Assembly (NCBI GenBank): GCA_030040775.1
Contig: JASHTB010000009.1
Coordinates: forward strand, 29,545 to 93,544
Reading direction: 5' to 3'
Length of the DNA stretch: 64,000 bases
Source of the DNA: Thermoplasmata archaeon
GTDB taxonomy: Archaea; Thermoplasmatota; Thermoplasmata; Lutacidiplasmatales; UBA184
The number at the start of each line of letters is the position of its first letter. The first letter of the stretch is position 1. A program made the position numbers and the translations under genes. This document shows, in pieces, positions 53,989 through 62,841 of the stretch. The notes below the pieces were generated by a model. It did not search any database, was not told where the DNA came from, and saw only the letters and a program-made list of their open reading frames with translations.

Positions 53989-54555
53989 TTGTGGTTCATG
54001 CCTCAGCGTCTTTCCCCTCCGGTGAAGATCGGCATCACAGGTCTCCCCGGTTCCGGTAAGACGCAGACTCTCCTACGGATCATCCAGCTCCTCGAGGAGG
54101 AAGGGGTCAAGGTCGGAGGCATGGTGACCGAACCGATCGTCGAGAAGCAGCGGCGCGCCGGTTTCCAGATCACCAACTGGCTGACGAAGGAGCACGAGGT
54201 CTTCGCGCACGAATCGCTGAAGTCGCGGGTGAGGAGCGGTCGCTACGGCGTCAACCTCGCCGCTCTCGAGGGCCTGGGCACGCGGGCGCTCGCGGAGGCC
54301 CGCGAGTCGGCCGACGTCATCGTCATCGACGAGGTCGGCAAGATGGAGGTCGAGAGCGACGCGTTCACCCAGAGCGTCATCGATACGCTGGACGCGAAGA
54401 AGTCGATCGTGATGACCCTCCACAAGAAATCCCGCAATCCGCTGCTCCAGGACATACGCCGGAGGGACGAACTACGCCTGCTCGAAGTGACGCCGGTGAA
54501 CAAGAACCTCCTCGCCTTCAAAATCGTCCACCTGATCACGGGCCAGGCGCACTGA
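53989..54555 (+). CDS. nucleoside-triphosphatase THEP1 family (COG1618 P-loop NTPase)
   Basis: VKIGITGLPGSGKTQ Walker A, VIVIDEVGKME Walker B, about 185 aa. Confidence 0.7.
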   Translation: MWFMPQRLSPPVKIGITGLPGSGKTQTLLRIIQLLEEEGVKVGGMVTEPIVEKQRRAGFQITNWLTKEHEVFAHESLKSRVRSGRYGVNLAALEGLGTRALAEARESADVIVIDEVGKMEVESDAFTQSVIDTLDAKKSIVMTLHKKSRNPLLQDIRRRDELRLLEVTPVNKNLLAFKIVHLITGQAH

Positions 54556-55634
54556 TCCGGAGCCGGGAAGGCGCCACCGAACTGTTTCTCCCGCCGGCGA
54601 CGCCCGGTCCGGGCCCCCGACGGCGGGCTGCGGTCTTCTACAATCCCTCGATGGCGATGGACCGGGACCTGGGGGTCGCCTTCGTTCGTGCGTGGTTTGA
54701 AGCGGGCTCCTCCCCCGTTCGGGGATGGGAGATGACGGCGGCGACCGGGGTCCGCGGCCTTCGCCTTCTCGAAGAGGGCGGGGTATTCGGCGAGTTCACA
54801 TTCACCGAGGAAAATCGAGAGGCCCTCTCGGTCCTCCGGGCGAACGGAGGCGAGCGACCGGGGGCTCGCGTCGTGGCCACCGACGCTCGACAGGGCGTAG
54901 CTGGCGCCCCGTTCGACTTTGTCGACCTCGACCCGTACGGGTCGCCGGCGCGGTTCGTGCCGGCCGCGCTCGAGTCGGTCCGGCCCGGTGGGGTGCTCGC
55001 GGTCACGGCGACCGACCTGATGGTCCTGGCGGGGGCCCAGCCCTCGGCGTGCGAGCGACGGTACGGTTCGCGTCCGGTCCGCGGCCGTCTCGGACCCGAG
55101 GGAGGCCTGCGGATCCTCCTGGCCTACGTCGCGTCCGAGGCCGAACGACGCGGCCGCTCCGTTCGCTCGCTGCTCGGCTACGTTCGAGACCATCATGTCC
55201 GGGCCTACCTCGAGGTCGGGAAGTACGCAGGCGACCCCGCGCCGGTCGGCTCGGTCGACCCGGCGACGTGGACGGGACCCGACGTCGGGGACCGAGGCCC
55301 GTACGGCCCGCTCTGGCTCGGAGCTCTCTTCGACCGGGCCCTTGCACGGAAACTCAGGGTCCCGTCGAGCGCCGCCGCACCGGACGAGCTCGGAAGGTTC
55401 CTCGCCCGGGTGAACGAGGAGGTCGAGGTCGACGTGCCGTTCTACTACGAGGCGAACCGGCTCTCGCACGCCCTGGGACTCCCGCGACCTCCCTCCCTGG
55501 ACCGGCTCCTCGCCCATCTTCGGGCGAGGGGGTTCCGGGCCGGGCGAACGCACGTCCGTCCCGAAGGGTTCCGGACCGACGCGCCCCGTCCCGTCGTCGA
55601 GCGGTCGGTCGCCGACCTGTCGTCGGTCCACTAG
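54552..55634 (+). CDS. trm1: tRNA (guanine(26)-N(2))-dimethyltransferase Trm1
   Basis: DLDPYGSP motif and Trm1 fold throughout. Conserved N-terminal EG...L.LP...VFYNP block is encoded upstream of the first ATG (54651), in-frame back to the THEP1 stop; 5' end set at the CTG/ATC overlapping that stop (54552-54557); start codon uncertain. Confidence 0.8.
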   Translation: MIRSREGATELFLPPATPGPGPRRRAAVFYNPSMAMDRDLGVAFVRAWFEAGSSPVRGWEMTAATGVRGLRLLEEGGVFGEFTFTEENREALSVLRANGGERPGARVVATDARQGVAGAPFDFVDLDPYGSPARFVPAALESVRPGGVLAVTATDLMVLAGAQPSACERRYGSRPVRGRLGPEGGLRILLAYVASEAERRGRSVRSLLGYVRDHHVRAYLEVGKYAGDPAPVGSVDPATWTGPDVGDRGPYGPLWLGALFDRALARKLRVPSSAAAPDELGRFLARVNEEVEVDVPFYYEANRLSHALGLPRPPSLDRLLAHLRARGFRAGRTHVRPEGFRTDAPRPVVERSVADLSSVH

Positions 55635-58489
55635 TCCCAGAACGACCGCGTCCGGGCGTAGTGTCGCTCGGCCCGCAGGACCTCGGTGAAGAACGCGTCG
55701 TCGTCCCGATAATGCCGCATCAGGAGGCGGCGGGCGGTCTCGGGTCCGACCCCCCGGGCGGCGAGGGCGTAGAGCGCCCGCTCGCCGTAGTGAGCCAACA
55801 GCTCGGCCGAAGTGTATCCCGCCCGGACGAGGCTCTCCGTTTCACGAGGGAGCGGTCGCTCCCGCGCGCGCTTCCGCCCGCTGTGAGCGGGCTCGAGCCG
55901 GGGGACGGGCCTCCACTTCCTCTTGGCGTACCGGACAAGCCGGTCGATCTCTTCGGTCCGGCGAGGGGAAAGTACGGCGGAGAGCGAGCCGTGACAGAGC
56001 AGACATTGGCTGCCTCCCTCGGTCCGATACCGTCCCGGGGTCGTCGTGCGCACGAAACCGCAGCGAAGGCAGACTAGGACGAGCGGCTCGCTCTCGAGCC
56101 GTTCTCTGACCGCCTTGAGCAACGTGGGGGGTGGGACGTCCGGCACCACCCGCCACTCGAGCCGCTCGAGCGGCCCGTCGCTCAGGGCGGACCGGGCGGT
56201 TGCGACGACCTCGATCGAGCCCGACCGGACCCGCTCGAGGACCTCGGCCCCGTGGTCGACGTCGTACCGGTCGTGGAGGGTTTTGTCGAGGACCTCCTCT
56301 CCGAGGGGGTTCGTGAGGCTCGCCCCGAGCAGAGGCTCGAGCGTGCGAAGGTCGCGGGGGTCGGCCGATTCGGGGATGACCCCGAGCTTACGGGCGACCG
56401 CGAGGAAGACCCATCGGTAGTCGAGTCCGGTGGGCACGAGTCGCTCGACGAGCGGGCGGAGCGACTCCGGCTCGATGCGGAACGCGTCGATCAGGACCGA
56501 CGAGTCGACGGCGACCGGTAGCTCGAGGACGAACCACGTCGGTTCCACGGCAGCGACCTCGACGCGGCCGCCGAGGCGGGCCGTGAGGAGTCCGGCGGTC
56601 GCGAGCGAGAGCGTCTCGTTCGTCCGGGTCCCGAAGCATGCGCCGTACACCACCAGCCGACCGTGGACGGTCACGGTCACCGTTCGGTCGGTCGGCAAAC
56701 CTCCCCCGGCGGACACGCCCGCCCACCGGGCGGCGAGGCGCGCTCGGTCCGCCTCAGAGAGTGGGTAACGGGCGAGGTCAGTCTCTCGTCGGAGGCGACC
56801 GATCTCTTGTGCGACATCGTACGGCACGGGAAGGTCTTCCCCAGCCCATCGTGGCTCCTGGCCGATCTCCTGGACGGTCTCCACGAGCAGTTCCCCCTCC
56901 CGGTACTCCACGACCTTCCAGGTCCGACCGTGCAGGAGGAAGATCTCCTCCGGCTGGGCGAGGATCTGGGTCAGCACGAACCGCTCGTCGAGCGTCCCGA
57001 TGAGCCGTCGGGTGGCGATGTCACGGAGCCGGTAGGTCCGCTCGTCCGGGATGAGCGAGAGGGAGGAGTAGAACCGGTGAAGCGTGCCCCGCCCGGATCG
57101 GAGGCGGGAACCGTCGGCATGCGCGAGCCCGATTGCCCCCAGGTAGTCGATGAGCTCGTCCCAGTCGCGCTCGGTGAGGTCCCGAACGGCGGCCGCGTGC
57201 CCCAGCAGGGAGACGAGCTCTCTGCGGTCGACCGTTCCTTCCGCGCGAAGGATTGCGACCACCTGCTGGGCCGCGGCGAGTCGATTGCGAGTGCGCCAGG
57301 AGACCGGCTCGATCCGACCCTCGTCGGCCCGTCGGGCCAGGACGGCAGCCTCTTCGAGGTCATCGTCGTCGAGCGCGAGGACCGTTCCGTGGATGGTCCG
57401 GTCGAGCCGATGACCCGAGCGACCGACGCGTTGGACGAGGCGACCGACCTGATGGGGCGAGCCGAACTGGACGACGTGGTCGACCGAGCCGATGTCGATC
57501 CCGAGCTCGAGAGAGGAGGTCGCGACCAGGGCCCGGAGGCTCCCCTCACGGAACGCTCGCTCGGCGTCCTCGCGAACCTCCCGCGAGAGCGAACCGTGGT
57601 GAACGGCCACCGAGAGGTCCGGGGCGAGCCGGTGCAGTCGAGCGCCGATCCCCTCGGCGGTCCGGCGCGTGTTGACGAAGACGAGGGTGGTCCGGTGTTC
57701 GCGTATCTCCTCCTCGACCTGCCGTAGGCCGCTCAGGAGGACGGGGTCCGCCTTGAGCTCCTGCACGAGAGCGGGGGCCAGCGGCGGGCGGTCCTCCTTC
57801 GGACGTTGGGCGGTGAGCTCGAGCGCCCTTCGCTGACGAGCCACCCTCACCTCGATCGTTCGAGGACGAGGCGAGAGGAACTGCGCCACCTCCTCCGGAT
57901 TGCCGACCGTCGCCGAAAGACCTACTCGACGGACCCGGGTTCCCACGAGCGCATCGAGACGTTCCAGAGTGAGGGCTAGCTGGGCGCCGCGGTCGGAGCC
58001 GACGAGCTCGTGAACCTCGTCCACCACGACCGTGCGGACGTGCTCGAGCGCCTTCCGCAGAAGGCGTCCCACGAGGAGCAGCTGGAAGGTTTCGGGGGTG
58101 GTCAGAAGAAGGTCCGGAGGGCGCCGGGACTGGGCGGCTCGGACGGCGAGCGGAGTATCGCCGTGTCGCACCGCCGCCACGAGTCCGACCTCCCGGGCCA
58201 GTGACACGAGCCGATGCTCGAGGTCCCGGTTGAGGGCTCTCAGCGGAGTGACGTAGAGGATCGAGATCGGGGGTGTCGGGTTCGAGAGCCGCTGGGACAG
58301 GAGCGGGAGGAGCGCTGCTTCGGTCTTCCCGGTGCCGGTGGGAGAGAGCAACAGCGCGTCGGCCTCCCCTTCGAGGAGGGGGATCGCCAACCGCTGGATC
58401 TCGGTAGGCTCCCGGATATCCCGACGGCCGATCGCCTCGGCCAGGCGTCGGTGAATCCGTTCGAACACGGACGCTGAGGGGCTCGCCAT
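55631..58489 (-). CDS. lhr: Lhr-like ATP-dependent DEAH/DEVH-box helicase with C-terminal DEAD/H-associated domain
   Basis: Walker A SPTGTGKTEAA, DEVH box (VVVDEVHELV), helicase C motifs (VATSSLELGIDIG, QRVGRSGH), about 950 aa as in Lhr-core/Lhr2 proteins. Confidence 0.85.
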   Translation of the reverse strand: MASPSASVFERIHRRLAEAIGRRDIREPTEIQRLAIPLLEGEADALLLSPTGTGKTEAALLPLLSQRLSNPTPPISILYVTPLRALNRDLEHRLVSLAREVGLVAAVRHGDTPLAVRAAQSRRPPDLLLTTPETFQLLLVGRLLRKALEHVRTVVVDEVHELVGSDRGAQLALTLERLDALVGTRVRRVGLSATVGNPEEVAQFLSPRPRTIEVRVARQRRALELTAQRPKEDRPPLAPALVQELKADPVLLSGLRQVEEEIREHRTTLVFVNTRRTAEGIGARLHRLAPDLSVAVHHGSLSREVREDAERAFREGSLRALVATSSLELGIDIGSVDHVVQFGSPHQVGRLVQRVGRSGHRLDRTIHGTVLALDDDDLEEAAVLARRADEGRIEPVSWRTRNRLAAAQQVVAILRAEGTVDRRELVSLLGHAAAVRDLTERDWDELIDYLGAIGLAHADGSRLRSGRGTLHRFYSSLSLIPDERTYRLRDIATRRLIGTLDERFVLTQILAQPEEIFLLHGRTWKVVEYREGELLVETVQEIGQEPRWAGEDLPVPYDVAQEIGRLRRETDLARYPLSEADRARLAARWAGVSAGGGLPTDRTVTVTVHGRLVVYGACFGTRTNETLSLATAGLLTARLGGRVEVAAVEPTWFVLELPVAVDSSVLIDAFRIEPESLRPLVERLVPTGLDYRWVFLAVARKLGVIPESADPRDLRTLEPLLGASLTNPLGEEVLDKTLHDRYDVDHGAEVLERVRSGSIEVVATARSALSDGPLERLEWRVVPDVPPPTLLKAVRERLESEPLVLVCLRCGFVRTTTPGRYRTEGGSQCLLCHGSLSAVLSPRRTEEIDRLVRYAKRKWRPVPRLEPAHSGRKRARERPLPRETESLVRAGYTSAELLAHYGERALYALAARGVGPETARRLLMRHYRDDDAFFTEVLRAERHYARTRSFWD

Positions 58490-58544
58490 GGTCGGAGCGA
58501 GAAGAACAGAGGCCGAACGGAAAGGCGTGTCGGCTTCCTAAGGA

Positions 58545-58982
58545 CTAGGGCAGGGAGCCAGGCTCGAGGTCGAGCATCCGAAGCCCGAAGCTCTCGACCA
58601 TCGGTCGTCCAAAGATACGACCCGGGAACGCCTCGACGACGACCTCCTGGAGGACCCCGACCGTCGCCCGCATCAGGTGTCCCCCGACCAGTTGGTGGTC
58701 GGGCCCGGCGAGCGCCGCATGGAGGTGGAGCGAGGGAGCGCCGTCGGCCCGCGCAATCGAGCCGTGAAGCGCGACGACCTCGTGGGGCTCGGTCAGGTCC
58801 CGGGGTCGGTACTGGCTCCCGTCCCAATAGCCGATGGTCGCGCGACGAAACATGCCGATCCCCGAGACGATGGCCGCCGCCCCTATCGACTCGCGCCGGG
58901 CCCAGTCCGCGAGCGTCTCGAACAGGTCCTGCCCATCGTCGAGGCGGAGCATCCACCGGTTCCCCTCACGCACGGTCTGCAT
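58545..58982 (-). CDS. PPC/DUF296-domain (PCC) protein
   Basis: Last 145 codons of the track ORF: ...LRLDDGQDLFETLADWARRESIGAAAIVSGIGMF...LHLHAALA..GHLMRATV... fits the PPC (DUF296) beta-sandwich domain. Directly upstream of lhr on the same strand. Confidence 0.5.
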   Translation of the reverse strand: MQTVREGNRWMLRLDDGQDLFETLADWARRESIGAAAIVSGIGMFRRATIGYWDGSQYRPRDLTEPHEVVALHGSIARADGAPSLHLHAALAGPDHQLVGGHLMRATVGVLQEVVVEAFPGRIFGRPMVESFGLRMLDLEPGSLP

Positions 58983-59058
58983 CGAGGACCCGAGACAAGC
59001 CGGCGGTATGGAAGTTGCGCGCAAAGGGTAACTGCCGAGCCTGCTCTCACGTCGGCCC

Positions 59059-59889
59059 ATGCTCGCGCGCCCGGACAGCCTCTTCGCCCGGAGGTCGGAA
59101 GAGGAGGTCGTCTCCCACCTCCGGGCGGCAGGGCCAGCCCTGGTCGCTCTCTCGGGTGGGGTCGACTCGTCGGTCGTGGCGGCCCTCGCGCACGACGCGC
59201 TCGGAGACGAGTCCGTGGCCGTCACGCTGGCGGGACCCGCGGTCGCCGAACGCGAAGTAGACCGAGCTCGGACGGTCGCGCGGGGGATAGGAATATCGCA
59301 CATCGTGCTGGAAGTCGACCCTCTCCAGCGGGCTGAATACCGGGCGAATCCGCCGAACCGGTGCTACTTCTGCCGTTCGGTGGAGAGCGAGAGACTCGTC
59401 CGGTTCGGGAGGACCCGCTCCGTTCAGCAGCTCCTCGACGGAATCCACCTGGACGACCTGTCCGAAGAGCGCCCGGGCCTCCGGGCGATGAACGAGGCCG
59501 GGTTTGCTCACCCTCTCGCGTGGGCCGGCTGGACGAAGGCGGACGTTCGAGCGGCCGCCCGCGCCCGCCGGCTTCCGAACGCTGAACAGCCGGCAGATGC
59601 GTGTCTCGCCTCTCGGATCGCCCACGGGGACGCGATCACGGCTGGACTTCTCGAGCGGGTCGAGGCGGCTGAGGCCGTCCTTCTCGACCGGGGCTTTCGC
59701 CGGGTGCGAGTGAGGGTTCGGGGGAACGATGCTCGGATCGAGGTAGACCCGGAGGAAGTCTCTCGACTGGTCGCGGGTCCGTTCGCCGCCGAGGTCGAGC
59801 GACGCCTCCGCGCGCTCGGGTTCGACCGAGTGTCGGTCGACCCCGACGGCTATCATGGCGGAGTACGACACGAGGGGGCTTCGCGGTGA
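59059..59889 (+). CDS. PP-loop superfamily ATP pyrophosphatase (LarE/COG1606-like)
   Basis: PP-loop ALSGGVDSSVVAA, downstream CYFCR Cys motif as in LarE-type sulfur-insertion ATPases; 276 aa. Confidence 0.6.
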   Translation: MLARPDSLFARRSEEEVVSHLRAAGPALVALSGGVDSSVVAALAHDALGDESVAVTLAGPAVAEREVDRARTVARGIGISHIVLEVDPLQRAEYRANPPNRCYFCRSVESERLVRFGRTRSVQQLLDGIHLDDLSEERPGLRAMNEAGFAHPLAWAGWTKADVRAAARARRLPNAEQPADACLASRIAHGDAITAGLLERVEAAEAVLLDRGFRRVRVRVRGNDARIEVDPEEVSRLVAGPFAAEVERRLRALGFDRVSVDPDGYHGGVRHEGASR

Positions 59890-61931
59890 GCGCGACCGCC
59901 CCCAGCACGGCCTCGACCCGGACGCTTCCCGGCCGATTCGAGCTGGAGACCGACCTCGTCCCTCAAGGAGACCAGCCCCAAGCCATCGACGGGGTCGTGC
60001 GGAGAGTCGAGCGCGGCGAGAAGTACGTGACCCTCCTCGGAGTCACCGGTAGCGGCAAGACGTTCACGATGGCCCACGCGGTATCACGTCTCCAGCGGCC
60101 GGCCCTGGTCGTCAGCCCGAACAAGACGCTCGCCGCCCAGCTCGTGAGCGAGTTCCGCGCCCTGTTCCCCCGCAACGCCGTCGAGTACTTCGTGAGCTAC
60201 TACGACTACTATCAACCCGAAGCGTACGTCCCGCAGATCGACCTCTACATCGAAAAGGACGCCTCGATCAACGAGGAGATCGACCGGTTGCGTCACCGGG
60301 CGACGCAGGCGCTCCTCACGCGACGGGACGTTCTGATCGTGGCCTCGGTCAGCTGCATCTTCGGCCTCGGCTCTCCCGAGGACTACCGGGCCTCGGTGGT
60401 CGACCTCTCGGTCGGTCAGACGATCTCCCGACAGTCGCTCCTCGAGCAGCTCGTTCGGATGAAGTACGCTCGCAACGACTACGAGCTCAAGCGGGGCCGT
60501 TTCCGCGTGCGCGGGGGAACCATCGACGTGATGGGGGCCGGCGAATCGGTCCATCGCATCATCCTGGACGGAAGTCGGGTGACCACGGTGGTCGAGCTCG
60601 ACCCGGTCACGGGGGAGGAACGGCGAGAGCTCCCGGGCCTCGCGATCTTCCCGGCCACCCACTTCCTGACCGTCGACGAGCGGCTCCGAGGCATCGTCTC
60701 GGAGATCGAGAAGGAACGGGACGTCCGGGTGGCCGAACTTGAACGGAAGGAGAAGATCGTCGAGGCGCAGCGCCTCAAGGGCCGGGTCGACTACGACCTC
60801 GAGATGATCCGAGAGACCGGCTACTGCTCGGGCATCGAGAACTACGCACGGTACTTCTCCGGACGTAAGCCGGGGGAACCCCCCTACACGCTCCTCGACT
60901 TCTTCCCGGACGACCTGTTGGTCTTCCTGGACGAGTCGCACGTCACGATCCCTCAGCTCCAGGGCATGTACAAGGGCGACAAGAGTCGCAAGGACAACCT
61001 GGTCGAGTTCGGCTGGCGCCTCCCGTCCTGTCGGGACAATCGGCCCTTGAAGTTCCCCGAGTTCCTCGAGCGGGTTCCCCAGGCGGTCTTTGTTTCGGCC
61101 ACCCCGGGCCCGTTCGAGAGGAAGGCATCGAAGGGACTGGTCGAGCAGATCATCCGGCCGACCGGTCTGGTCGACCCGCCGATCGAGGTCCGGCCGCTCG
61201 AGGGGCACATCGCGGACCTCATCCGGGAGCTTCGAGGTTGCACGGAGCGGGGGGAGCGCGCCCTGGTCACGACCCTGACGAAGGCGACGAGCGAGGAGCT
61301 CTCGAGCTATCTCGCGAACGTGGGGCTCAAGGTCCGCTACCTTCACTCGGAGGTCGAGACCCTGAAGCGGGTCGAGATCCTGCGCGACCTGCGTCTCGGC
61401 CGGTTCGACGTCCTGGTCGGCATCAACCTCCTCCGGGAGGGCCTCGACCTTCCCGAGGTGAGCTTCGTCGCCATCCTGGATGCCGACAAGGAAGGCTACC
61501 TAAGGAGCGAGACGTCGATCATCCAAACCGCCGGGCGGGCCAGCCGCAACGTCTCGGGCCGGGTCGTCCTCTACGCCGACCGAACGACCGGCTCCATGCA
61601 GCGGGCGATCCGGGAGATGGCCCGCCGTCGGGAGTCGCAGGTCGAGTTCAACCGCGCGCACGGGGTCGTCCCCGAGAGCGTGCGCAAGGAGGTGCGCGCC
61701 CTCCTGGGTCCCGAGGAGGCGGCCCCGTCCGGGGAGCTCTCGACCTCAGGCCTCGGAAAGTACTGGAAGGACCGGCTCCCGCTGCTCCTCGCGAACCTGG
61801 AAGAGGAGATGCGGCTCGCGGCCGAGCAGCTCGACTTCGAAGAGGCGGCGCGGATCCGCGACCGGATCCGGGAGATCCGTCGGTCGTCCGCGGAGCGCCT
61901 CCCCCGAAGACCCGCCGCCGCTGCGTCATAA
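59886..61931 (+). CDS. uvrB: excinuclease ABC subunit B
   Basis: GDQPQAI, LGVTGSGKTFTMA Walker A, beta-hairpin region YYDYYQPEAY, helicase motifs, C-terminal UvrC-interaction coiled coil; 681 aa; GTG start overlapping upstream stop (GTGA). Confidence 0.95.
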   Translation: MSATAPSTASTRTLPGRFELETDLVPQGDQPQAIDGVVRRVERGEKYVTLLGVTGSGKTFTMAHAVSRLQRPALVVSPNKTLAAQLVSEFRALFPRNAVEYFVSYYDYYQPEAYVPQIDLYIEKDASINEEIDRLRHRATQALLTRRDVLIVASVSCIFGLGSPEDYRASVVDLSVGQTISRQSLLEQLVRMKYARNDYELKRGRFRVRGGTIDVMGAGESVHRIILDGSRVTTVVELDPVTGEERRELPGLAIFPATHFLTVDERLRGIVSEIEKERDVRVAELERKEKIVEAQRLKGRVDYDLEMIRETGYCSGIENYARYFSGRKPGEPPYTLLDFFPDDLLVFLDESHVTIPQLQGMYKGDKSRKDNLVEFGWRLPSCRDNRPLKFPEFLERVPQAVFVSATPGPFERKASKGLVEQIIRPTGLVDPPIEVRPLEGHIADLIRELRGCTERGERALVTTLTKATSEELSSYLANVGLKVRYLHSEVETLKRVEILRDLRLGRFDVLVGINLLREGLDLPEVSFVAILDADKEGYLRSETSIIQTAGRASRNVSGRVVLYADRTTGSMQRAIREMARRRESQVEFNRAHGVVPESVRKEVRALLGPEEAAPSGELSTSGLGKYWKDRLPLLLANLEEEMRLAAEQLDFEEAARIRDRIREIRRSSAERLPRRPAAAAS

Positions 61932-61943
61932 ACGGGCTTTGAC

Positions 61944-61964
61944 GGGGCCTGCAAAGGCCCTTTA
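61944..61964 (+). terminator. hairpin GGGGCCT-GCAA-AGGCCC followed by TTT (putative terminator of uvrB)
   Basis: 6-7 bp G/C stem with tetraloop at 61945-61960, then TTTAG; 14 nt after the uvrB TAA. Confidence 0.35.
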
Positions 61965-61986
61965 GCGACCGGCACCTGCCGGCATC

Positions 61987-62841
61987 GTGCCTTCGGGGTC
62001 GGCTCGAGCCCGTCCGAGAGAAGGGCTCTCGGAACTGCGTCGAAGCGGAGCCGTTACCGAGCTTCTGTTCCTCTACGAGTGCGCGACCCGCGGGCCGACC
62101 CAGCTCCGTCCGATGGCCGAGCGCCTCGGCCTCACCGTCCAGGCGGCCTCCCACTCGTTCCGTCAGCTCGCACGCCGCGGGCTCGTCGAGGTGCGGGACG
62201 GGAGGTACCGGCCGACGGTCGAAGGGGTTGCCTGGCTCCACGAGAGCCTGCGCCGACTCGTCGACGACGTGCGAGGGCGGGTCGACCGCTTGCACGTGAT
62301 CCGTTCGACCCGGGCTGTCGCCCTCGCCGACCTCCGGGCCGGCACAACCGTCTCCCTCGAGGTCGAGGACGGCGTGCTGTCGGCGAGACCGGCCGCCTCC
62401 GGCCCCTCCCGAGGCCGGGTGACGCGCGCCGCCCGCGCCGGCTCGCTGGTGGAGGTCGAGGACCTCGAGGGGATCACGCCGCTCGAGGTCGCTCCGGTCC
62501 GGGTGCGGACGCTCTCGGAGCCCGACCTCGCCGACCCCGAACTCTCTCGCCGACTCGCTCGCGAGGTCTCGGGTACGAAAGGGTTTGTCGGCGCCCAGGG
62601 CCTCGAGGCGTTTCACTCGCTCTCCCGCGCGACCCAGCGACCGGTGGCTCGCTTCGGTGTCGCCGCCGCGAGCCTGGAGGCGGCGCGCCTCGGGGTCCCG
62701 AGCCTGGTGGTGGTCCGGGACCGTGACCTACCTCAGTTGCTCGCCGCGTTCGCCGTGGCGAATCCCCCCCCTCTCGAGGTACGTCCGCTCGCCTCAACTC
62801 GCGGGAGCTACCCGGGCCGCCGGCGGCGTCGCGGGCGGTGA
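61987..62841 (+). CDS. putative winged-helix (MarR/TrmB-like) transcriptional regulator with uncharacterised C-terminal domain
   Basis: N-terminal TELLFLYECATRGPTQLRPMAERLGLTVQAASHSFRQLARRGLVEV..GRYRPT wHTH; about 180-aa C-terminal domain without recognisable motif; GTG start. Confidence 0.5.
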   Translation: MPSGSARARPREGLSELRRSGAVTELLFLYECATRGPTQLRPMAERLGLTVQAASHSFRQLARRGLVEVRDGRYRPTVEGVAWLHESLRRLVDDVRGRVDRLHVIRSTRAVALADLRAGTTVSLEVEDGVLSARPAASGPSRGRVTRAARAGSLVEVEDLEGITPLEVAPVRVRTLSEPDLADPELSRRLAREVSGTKGFVGAQGLEAFHSLSRATQRPVARFGVAAASLEAARLGVPSLVVVRDRDLPQLLAAFAVANPPPLEVRPLASTRGSYPGRRRRRGR

